From positions 21,777 to 85,776 of the forward strand of contig JAUSEW010000029.1 in NCBI GenBank assembly GCA_030651475.1: a DNA stretch of 64,000 nucleotides. Direction: 5' to 3'. Shown here piece after piece: positions 57,244-64,000 of the stretch. The position numbers were made by a program, and so were the translations under genes. The notes beneath the pieces are model-generated. The model saw nothing but the letters and a program-made list of their open reading frames with translations. It did not search any database and was not told the DNA's origin. Origin of the DNA: Candidatus Levyibacteriota bacterium. Its GTDB lineage: Bacteria; Patescibacteriota; Microgenomatia; Levybacterales; UBA12049. Position 1 is the first letter of the stretch. The number at the start of each line of letters is the position of its first letter.

Positions 57244-58077
57244 ATGACAAATTTAAGAGAAAATGGCGTATTAATGGGTGTTGCTGTAGGCGTAAGGCAA
57301 GAATCGTTACTCGGTAAATACGAAGTTAGACCTTATAAGCCTGAAGATGCAATTACAATATATAACGAGCTGGAGGTACCAAATTGGGCACCTTGGCTAA
57401 GGGCATCAGCCGAAACTTTGGCAAAAAGAGCAGAGGTTTTCCCAGATGGGCAGCTTGCTGTATGGGAAGGAAAACGTCCAATAGTTAATATATCTCTATC
57501 TAGGTTTAATTACGATGGAAACCCAGACAACCTTTCCACATGGGATGAACTAATGGGAGTTCCCGCTACGGGCAAAGATACATTTGATCTAAATGGAAAT
57601 GCTTTAGGAATGATGTCAATTAATGTCCATCCAGATTATCAAGGTAAAGGTTTGACAAAAGTTGTAATTGATGCTGTTAAAGATAGAGCAGTTAAATTAG
57701 GCGTAACTCATATAATGGGTTCATTTAGACCGAGTCAGTTTGGCGAATATAGTACCCAGAATCCAAATGCTAGTATTAAAGAATATATTGATAAAAAAAG
57801 AAAAGAAGATAATATGCCTCATGATGCATGGTTAAGAGCATTGACAAAAAATGGCATGAGAATGTTGCGTATAGATGATGCAGCAATGGTAATACCAGAT
57901 GTAACAAGAAGTGAATTTGAAGATTATAAAAAATCATATAAGCCAGAAAAATGGAAACAAATAGCTCCTAGTGTATGGAGATGTGGGGAAACGGGAGTAT
58001 GGTTAGCTGGAGAGAGATCAGCCGTTTATGTCGAAAGTAATGTTTGGGGAATTTTGGACAAAAACGGAACCTCTTAA
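57244..58077 (+). CDS. GNAT-family N-acyltransferase (paralog 2)
   Basis: 277 aa; motif A YQGKGLTKVV; alignable by eye with 55769..56446. Confidence 0.5.
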   Translation: MTNLRENGVLMGVAVGVRQESLLGKYEVRPYKPEDAITIYNELEVPNWAPWLRASAETLAKRAEVFPDGQLAVWEGKRPIVNISLSRFNYDGNPDNLSTWDELMGVPATGKDTFDLNGNALGMMSINVHPDYQGKGLTKVVIDAVKDRAVKLGVTHIMGSFRPSQFGEYSTQNPNASIKEYIDKKRKEDNMPHDAWLRALTKNGMRMLRIDDAAMVIPDVTRSEFEDYKKSYKPEKWKQIAPSVWRCGETGVWLAGERSAVYVESNVWGILDKNGTS

Positions 58078-58122
58078 TTGAAAAAATAAATTAAAACTTT
58101 CAAGATGATATAATACCTCTTA

Positions 58123-59082
58123 ATGACTGTTTTTGAAAATTTTCCACTTTCAGATATTATTTATTACGGAATTGGCGGGAAAGCTAGGTTTGTTTTGAGA
58201 GTTCAAAATAAAAAAGATCTTCTCGAGGCTTTGGAGTTTATCAGAACAAAGAAGATTAAAAAAGTATTGACTGTTGGATTTGGATCGAATCTCTTAGTGT
58301 CAGATAGTTTTTTTAATGGCGCAGTTTTGTGGTTCTGCAGGGCAGAATTTCCGCAAATAAAGTTTTTAGAAAATGGTTTAGTAAAAGTTTTCGCAGGAGA
58401 AAATCTTGACGACGTTATTCAATTCTCATTTCAGCATAATTTGATTGGTTTGGAATGGGCAGGAGGACTTCCCGGAACAATCGGAGGGGGAATTCGGGGA
58501 AATGTCGGTGCATTTGGCGGAGAAATAAAAAATTCAATTGAAAAAGTAGAAGTTTTCGATATTATCACTAACGAAATAAAAGTTTTAGACAATAAAGATT
58601 TAAAATTTTCGTATAGAAATAGTTACGTAAAAGAGAATAAAAACTTAATCGTTGTAAACGCATTTTTTAAGCTCTCAAAAGCAAATGAAAAAGAACTAGC
58701 GCAGGCAAAAAAGATTTATTTTTCCCATATAGATTACAGGAAGAAAAATCATCCTCTGGATTATCCATCCTGCGGATCTGTTTTTAAAAATATCACCGAC
58801 AAAGAGAATGTTGAGAGAATATTAAATGTTTGGCCGGATATAAAAGAGCAAACTGAAGACAAATGGCATGGGAAAGTGGCAATGGGCTATGTAATAAATA
58901 GATTGGGATTTTCAGGAAAAACATACGGAGGGGCGCAGGTTGCCGAAAAACACGCAAATTATATTCTCAATAAAAACAATGCTACATTTAATGATGTTGA
59001 AACTTTGATCCAGGAGATAAAAGATAAGTTTAATAAAACATTTGGTTTTTACCCCGAAGTTGAGGTGGAAATTATATCTTGA
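58123..59082 (+). CDS. murB: UDP-N-acetylenolpyruvoylglucosamine reductase
   Basis: 319 aa; FAD-binding GIGGKA, GFGSNLL, C-terminal MurB domain. Confidence 0.85.
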   Translation: MTVFENFPLSDIIYYGIGGKARFVLRVQNKKDLLEALEFIRTKKIKKVLTVGFGSNLLVSDSFFNGAVLWFCRAEFPQIKFLENGLVKVFAGENLDDVIQFSFQHNLIGLEWAGGLPGTIGGGIRGNVGAFGGEIKNSIEKVEVFDIITNEIKVLDNKDLKFSYRNSYVKENKNLIVVNAFFKLSKANEKELAQAKKIYFSHIDYRKKNHPLDYPSCGSVFKNITDKENVERILNVWPDIKEQTEDKWHGKVAMGYVINRLGFSGKTYGGAQVAEKHANYILNKNNATFNDVETLIQEIKDKFNKTFGFYPEVEVEIIS

Positions 59083-59150
59083 CAACGATAATAGTCTGTG
59101 GTAAATTGGCTTAAGCTTAATGAATATTAATTTTGTTTTTTCAAAAAAAA

Positions 59151-59184
59151 CCAAGAAAAACCCTCTATAGGGGTTTTGTCTTGG
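59151..59184. terminator. long imperfect hairpin CCAAGAAAAACCCTCTATAGGGGTTTTGTCTTGG flanked by A8 / T-rich tracts (bidirectional terminator candidate)
   Basis: read directly; downstream of murB. Confidence 0.4.
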
Positions 59185-59213
59185 TTAAGTTTTAAATTTC
59201 AGAACCAATACGA

Positions 59214-59236
59214 ACCCCTCAAAAGAGGGGTTTTTA
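59214..59236 (+). terminator. intrinsic terminator ACCCCTC-aaaa-GAGGGGT + TTTTT
   Basis: perfect 7-bp GC-rich stem plus T5; lies inside the ORF-track N-terminus of 59176..60315, arguing for the later start. Confidence 0.6.
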
Positions 59237-59250
59237 TTTGGAAAAAAGAT

Positions 59251-60315
59251 ATGGGAAACATAGAGGAAAGTGAAAAATTTATACATCAAGACGTTCCGAA
59301 GATTGAGCCAGGACTAGAGAGTTCTGTGGGGCCATTGTGGCCACCAGCGAAAGCTTCCTCCGAGCGATTAAAAGGTATTTATACTTTGGGAGTAGTTCGA
59401 GATGTACATGATTTAAATAATATTTTTGGGCATCTTCAGAATAGTGACCCAAACATAAGCCGTGTAAGTCTAAGAGCTGTTGTTGACAATTCCTTTATTA
59501 AGGATATAGCGAGTAATGGGGATGGAGAATTCATTGAGGCGATAATTCCATTGGAAGGTACGCAAGAAGCATTTGCGCCAACAAGTATCGTATACTTTGG
59601 GCACAATAATTCGAATAGGACTCCTGTCACAGAAGAGATAGAACAGTATAGGAGGAATCTTTTTGATGCGCTTCGTATAATACCTCGGTCTGCTGATGAG
59701 GTGCTTGAGCGACCAAAAGCAGATGGCTACAAAATTTCTATCTGTAAACTTCCTGAAAATAGTTCTCTGCGTGAGGCAATTCTAGATCAAGTAACAGAGC
59801 TATATGCACGATTTGGATGGGGAAGAGTTGAAGTATCGAAGATACTTTTTAAATCAAGTAATATAATTGGTATTGCTACAAAAGATGAGCGTATCGTTTC
59901 AGCAGGTATTGCGGAAACAGCGGTAATTCCTATAGGTAGCAACACATTACGTATGGTTGAAATTACAGAAGCTGCGACCCGAGATGGTCATGACCGCCGA
60001 GGTGTATATACTGCGGTTTCAACGCAATTGCTTTTAGAAATTGCGCAACGATCAAAAGCACGCAATATCTTTGACGGAGAGGTAGATGTGGTATTTGGAG
60101 AATGCAATGGAAATGCTAAAGGTGTTCTTCATACTGCACGAATTCAAGGCAGAACTTTTGCAACAGAAGTAGGCGCGCAATTTGGTCTTTCTAATAGTGG
60201 AATTTTACCTCAACACGTGCCAATATCTGGCGCGCCAAGAACGACTAGATATAATGATTTATTCCCTGCATATATTGCGAGAAACAAGTTGTATGAAATG
60301 TATGGAAAACAATAA
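59251..60315 (+). CDS. hypothetical protein (possibly GNAT-fold)
   Basis: ATG 59251 chosen downstream of terminator; no confident family. Confidence 0.35.
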   Translation: MGNIEESEKFIHQDVPKIEPGLESSVGPLWPPAKASSERLKGIYTLGVVRDVHDLNNIFGHLQNSDPNISRVSLRAVVDNSFIKDIASNGDGEFIEAIIPLEGTQEAFAPTSIVYFGHNNSNRTPVTEEIEQYRRNLFDALRIIPRSADEVLERPKADGYKISICKLPENSSLREAILDQVTELYARFGWGRVEVSKILFKSSNIIGIATKDERIVSAGIAETAVIPIGSNTLRMVEITEAATRDGHDRRGVYTAVSTQLLLEIAQRSKARNIFDGEVDVVFGECNGNAKGVLHTARIQGRTFATEVGAQFGLSNSGILPQHVPISGAPRTTRYNDLFPAYIARNKLYEMYGKQ

Positions 60316-61387
60316 TAGCCCTATAGATTTGCTAGAAAAGTTAGTAAGTATTTTTTCGGTAACTGGGAGTGAGAATGCTATTCACTTGCTGATCGAAAAG
60401 CTTCTTTTGAAAAATAATTTTAATGTTCAAAAACAGAGGATAGCTAAAGATAGATGGAATCTGTTTGCCCAAAGAGGAAATGGAAAATCGGCAATTTTAT
60501 TTTTAGGACACATGGATACTATACCTGCCGGTAATGGTTGGAAAACAAATCCCCACGTGTTAGTTAAAAATAATGGCAGACTTTATGGCTTAGGGGCGAG
60601 CGACATGAAAGGAGGAATTGCAGCATTTCTTTCTGCAGCTACGAAAACGAATGCGTACGTTAAGATCTTGCTGACAGTTGATGAAGAAAATATTTCCGAA
60701 GGCGCATGGAAAGCAATCAAAATAAAAAGTTTTTTCAAAGACGTAAAGCTGATTATTTCAGCAGAGTCAAATTTCACTCTTAAGGAAAATGATATTACAG
60801 TTGGTCGAACAGGGCGTTGCGTATACGAGGTACTTTTTAAGGGAAAAGAAGAGCATATCATACGATATAAAGAAGGAACAGATGCAATAGAGCTTCTTGG
60901 AAAATTTGTTAATAAGCTTTATGAAAGACGATCGGTTTTATTTCAATCGTCACAAACAATAGCGCAAGTTAGAAAAATTGAAGGTGAGTCTGTAGGTATG
61001 AGTGTATGCGGAATGGCAAAACTTGAAGTAGAAGTGTTATTGGGATCAGGGGATTCTATAGGCAGTGTCTGTCGTGTTCTTAAGCAGCTTGGTGCTTCAA
61101 AAGTAAATATTAAAAAAAGAAAAACACCATATCTAGAGTCTTATTATTTTGATAGTTTTCCGTATGGCGATTTGATCGGAAAAATAGTAAAAAAACATAT
61201 TGGTAATTCTATGAAATTGACCACAAGGATCTCTGTTGCCGACGATAACGTGCTGGCAACGCTAGGGATACCAGTTATTACGTGGGGAGCAATAGGCGGA
61301 AATGAGCACACAGCAAATGAGTTCGTGAACGAAGATAGTTTGCTGAAATTACATAATGTATATTTGGAATTTCTTAATTCGATATAA
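60302..61387 (+). CDS. M20-family metallopeptidase / deacylase (ArgE/DapE-like)
   Basis: motifs LGHMDTIPAG, GASDMKGG, EE pair; ATG 60302 preferred over upstream in-frame start. Confidence 0.7.
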   Translation: MENNNSPIDLLEKLVSIFSVTGSENAIHLLIEKLLLKNNFNVQKQRIAKDRWNLFAQRGNGKSAILFLGHMDTIPAGNGWKTNPHVLVKNNGRLYGLGASDMKGGIAAFLSAATKTNAYVKILLTVDEENISEGAWKAIKIKSFFKDVKLIISAESNFTLKENDITVGRTGRCVYEVLFKGKEEHIIRYKEGTDAIELLGKFVNKLYERRSVLFQSSQTIAQVRKIEGESVGMSVCGMAKLEVEVLLGSGDSIGSVCRVLKQLGASKVNIKKRKTPYLESYYFDSFPYGDLIGKIVKKHIGNSMKLTTRISVADDNVLATLGIPVITWGAIGGNEHTANEFVNEDSLLKLHNVYLEFLNSI

Positions 61388-61453
61388 TTTAGTACAATAC
61401 AATTATGTTTTGGGTGGATGGAGTAAATTTCAGATTTAAAGTATACTAATAAA

Positions 61454-62896
61454 ATGCAAGATACAGATTTTAGGAAAGTTCGTTTGGAAAAACTTGAAAA
61501 AATAAAAGCTTTGGGGTGGAATCCATATCCAGCCTCTTTTGATAAGAAGCAAACAATTGCTGATGCTTTAGGAAGCGAGGGGAAAGTTGTCAAAACCGCA
61601 GGAAAGATCTTCTCTTATAGAGAGCATGGAAATATCGCATTTGCGGATCTGAAAGATGAAACAGGAAAAATACAGATTTTCTTTCAGAAAAAATTGCTTG
61701 GAGAAGATTACAAAAATCTCAAGCTTTTGGATATAGGAGATTATATAGGCGTTGAGGGAAAAGTTATCAAAACAGTCGCAGGTGAAATTTCTATAGCTCC
61801 AACTTCTTATACCTTACTTACGAAATCACTTAGTCCTCTTCCTAGTGAATTTTTTGGCTTAAAAGATACGGAACTTCGTTATCGTCAACGCTACCTGGAT
61901 CTTTTAATTAATCCAGAGATACGAATGCATTTTAATAATAGAACGAAATTAATTAGTGGCGTTCGAGAATATCTTGATAATTTAGGTTTTTGGGAAGTGG
62001 AGACGCCTACTCTCCAGCCTCTGTATGGTGGAGCAAATGCAAAGCCTTTTAAAACTCATGTAAACGCATTGGATACTGATATGTATTTAAGAATTGCTGA
62101 TGAGCTATATCTAAAAAGACTTGTTATTGGTGGGTACGAAAAAGTTTATGAGATCTGCAAAGATTTTCGTAACGAAGGAATAGACCACACTCATTTTCCG
62201 GAATTTACAATGATTGAGTGGTACGAAGCATACGCAGATTATCAAAGAGTTATGGATGTTGCAGAAGGTTTGTTTAAACATCTAGGAAAAAAATTGTATG
62301 GACACACAACGCTTGAAGTAGAAGATAAGAAAATAGATATTGGTAAAAAATGGCCAAGAATAGAAATGTCAGTTATTATGAAAGAAAAGTTGGGATTGGA
62401 TGTTGAAAAAGAAACTACGGAAAATTTAAATGCTTATGCGAAAAAGAATTGTTCAGGAATGCAATTATTGGGCGGAGAAACAAAAGGACAGGTTATTTTT
62501 GCGATTTTTGAACATAAAATTCCGCAACTTCTTAATGAACCGACTTGGATTGTTGATTACCCGGAAGATGTAAGTCCATTATCAAAACCCCATAGAAGTA
62601 AGCTGGGATGGGTTGAAAGATTTGAGGGATATATTGGCGGAAAAGAGATTTGTGATGGGTGGAGTGAGTTAACAGATCCACAAGTGCAAAGACAAAGGTT
62701 TACTCAAGACGTTAAGGCTGCAAGAAAAGATAAAGAAGAGGCGCAGCAAGTTGATGAAGATTTTCTAACGGCAATGGAATATGGAATGCCACCACTTGGC
62801 GGAATTGGAATTGGCATAGATAGGCTAGTTATGTTTTTTACAAATAAATGGGCGATAAAAGAAATAGTTCTTTTTCCAACTCTTCGCTCAAAATAA
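61454..62896 (+). CDS. lysS: lysine--tRNA ligase (class II)
   Basis: 480 aa; N-terminal OB anticodon-binding domain, class II motifs (FRNEG, GGIGIGIDRL). Confidence 0.93.
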   Translation: MQDTDFRKVRLEKLEKIKALGWNPYPASFDKKQTIADALGSEGKVVKTAGKIFSYREHGNIAFADLKDETGKIQIFFQKKLLGEDYKNLKLLDIGDYIGVEGKVIKTVAGEISIAPTSYTLLTKSLSPLPSEFFGLKDTELRYRQRYLDLLINPEIRMHFNNRTKLISGVREYLDNLGFWEVETPTLQPLYGGANAKPFKTHVNALDTDMYLRIADELYLKRLVIGGYEKVYEICKDFRNEGIDHTHFPEFTMIEWYEAYADYQRVMDVAEGLFKHLGKKLYGHTTLEVEDKKIDIGKKWPRIEMSVIMKEKLGLDVEKETTENLNAYAKKNCSGMQLLGGETKGQVIFAIFEHKIPQLLNEPTWIVDYPEDVSPLSKPHRSKLGWVERFEGYIGGKEICDGWSELTDPQVQRQRFTQDVKAARKDKEEAQQVDEDFLTAMEYGMPPLGGIGIGIDRLVMFFTNKWAIKEIVLFPTLRSK

Positions 62897-62897
62897 A

Positions 62898-63515
62898 ATG
62901 CAGAAAATCCTCATTGCAACTAGGAACGAAGGAAAACTTAAGGAATTCAAACATTTTCTTTCCGGCCTTAAAGCGAATATTGTTTCTCTTGCGGATTTAG
63001 GTATTAAAGATAAAGTTGAGGAGGTTGGAGAAACTTACAAAGAAAATTCGCAAGCTAAGGCATTAGCTTATTCTAAGAAGAGCGGATTACCCGCAATAGC
63101 GGATGATGGAGGAATAGAAATAGAAGCTTATGGTGGTGCACCGGGAATAAAAAGCAAAAGATGGTTAGGAGAAGAATCAACAGAAGGAGATATTATAAAT
63201 TACATGAGAAAAGTTGCAAAAGAATTGCCTAATAACAATAGAAGAGCATTTTTTAAAACTGTTGTGTCATTAGCGATGCCGAACGGAAAAGTTTGGAGCG
63301 TTAATGGTGAGATTGAGGGAATTATCGCAGAAAAACCTTATTTAAAACCTTTAAAAGGATATCCGTACCGTTCATTTTTCTATTTGCCAAAAATTAAAAA
63401 ATATTATCATGAAGATCAATTGACCGACAGAGAACAAAAGCTCTATAATCATAGATATAAGGCGGTTCAGAAATTAAAACCAATAATCAAGAAAGTATTA
63501 ATGATAAATGATTAA
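62898..63515 (+). CDS. rdgB: non-canonical purine NTP pyrophosphatase (RdgB/HAM1 family)
   Basis: 205 aa; ATRNEGKLKEF N-terminus. Confidence 0.8.
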   Translation: MQKILIATRNEGKLKEFKHFLSGLKANIVSLADLGIKDKVEEVGETYKENSQAKALAYSKKSGLPAIADDGGIEIEAYGGAPGIKSKRWLGEESTEGDIINYMRKVAKELPNNNRRAFFKTVVSLAMPNGKVWSVNGEIEGIIAEKPYLKPLKGYPYRSFFYLPKIKKYYHEDQLTDREQKLYNHRYKAVQKLKPIIKKVLMIND

Positions 63516-63524
63516 GGATTAATT

Positions 63525-64000
63525 ATGATTGATTTAAAGTTTTTACGGGAGAATCCGAAAATTGTTCAAAAAGCAGCAAAAGATAAAAATATTGATATTA
63601 ATATTAATCATATCTTAGAGATTGATGCAAAATATAAAGAGCTGCAATTAAAAGTACAAAAAATAAGAGAGGAAAGAAACGTATTGGTTGGCGAAATAAA
63701 AGGAAGGCCTACTTCAGATCAAATAGAAAAAGGAAAAAATATAAAAGTAAAACTGGAAAAAGAAGAAAACTCATTGAATGCGGTAGGAGATGAATTAAAA
63801 ACATGGCTTTTAAAAATTCCTAATCTTCCAAAGTCTGATGTGAAAGTTGGCAAAGATGAAAGCGAAAATGAAATTATTAAAAAAGTTGGAGATCCAAAGC
63901 AATTTTCATTTACCCCGAAAGACCATCTGGAATTAGGAGAAGCGTTGGACATTATTGATGTAAAACGAGCAACAAAAGTTTCTGGTTCGAGATTTGGATA
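63525..64000 (+). CDS. serS: serine--tRNA ligase, N-terminal part (3' end beyond window)
   Basis: MIDLKFLRENP... coiled-coil N-domain typical of SerS; not in ORF track because no stop in window. Confidence 0.8.
   Translation, partial: MIDLKFLRENPKIVQKAAKDKNIDININHILEIDAKYKELQLKVQKIREERNVLVGEIKGRPTSDQIEKGKNIKVKLEKEENSLNAVGDELKTWLLKIPNLPKSDVKVGKDESENEIIKKVGDPKQFSFTPKDHLELGEALDIIDVKRATKVSGSRFG

Noticed and set aside
60182-60301. N-terminal extension of the M20 peptidase ORF (start 60182)
   Set aside because: It overlaps about 130 nt of the upstream gene. The internal ATG at 60302 gives a typical M20 N-terminus.

Overview
This is an AT-rich, gene-dense bacterial window with short overlapping genes. 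Several traits point to a Candidate Phyla Radiation / Patescibacteria-like organism: no L30 gene, lysine-rich extensions on ribosomal proteins, and archaeal-flavoured biosynthesis. The backbone is a ribosomal super-operon. The str part (fusA-tuf) and the S10/spc/alpha blocks (rpsJ to rplQ-rplM-rpsI) are present, with secY, two tandem adenylate kinases, map, infA and rpmJ embedded. Extra genes sit between tuf and rpsJ and between rpsJ and rplC. The second large block (about 23.8-35.6 kb) is a complete mevalonate-pathway and prenyl-diphosphate cluster. It contains idi, class-I-like HMG-CoA reductase, HMG-CoA synthase, thiolase, a DUF35 OB-fold protein, two mevalonate-kinase-like GHMP kinases, diphosphomevalonate decarboxylase, a polyprenyl synthase and UppS. 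A SAM-dependent methyltransferase and a HAD hydrolase are embedded inside the operon, and an ECF sigma / anti-sigma pair sits divergently next to it. The rest holds housekeeping genes: tRNA-Pro, recA-recX-rny, hup, an unannotated RNase P RNA, a UvrD-helicase / Cas4-like nuclease fusion, rmuC, tsaD, a VanW-family protein, a sugar-type solute-binding protein, an archaeal-type PPAT fused to a putative DUF359 dephospho-CoA kinase, greA, murB, paralogous GNAT-like genes, an M20 peptidase, lysS, rdgB and the 5' end of serS. Directly readable oddities are listed under findings. The main ones are an identical 24-26 bp palindrome present three times (both flanks of a TrpR/YerC-like regulator gene and inside the first mevalonate-kinase-like GHMP kinase gene, 29300..30367), heptamer tandem repeats inside tsaD, a GC-rich structured element between rpoA and rplQ, and promoter-plus-leader-terminator (attenuator-like) arrangements upstream of rplC and greA. 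No CRISPR array, rRNA, transposase or integrase is visible.
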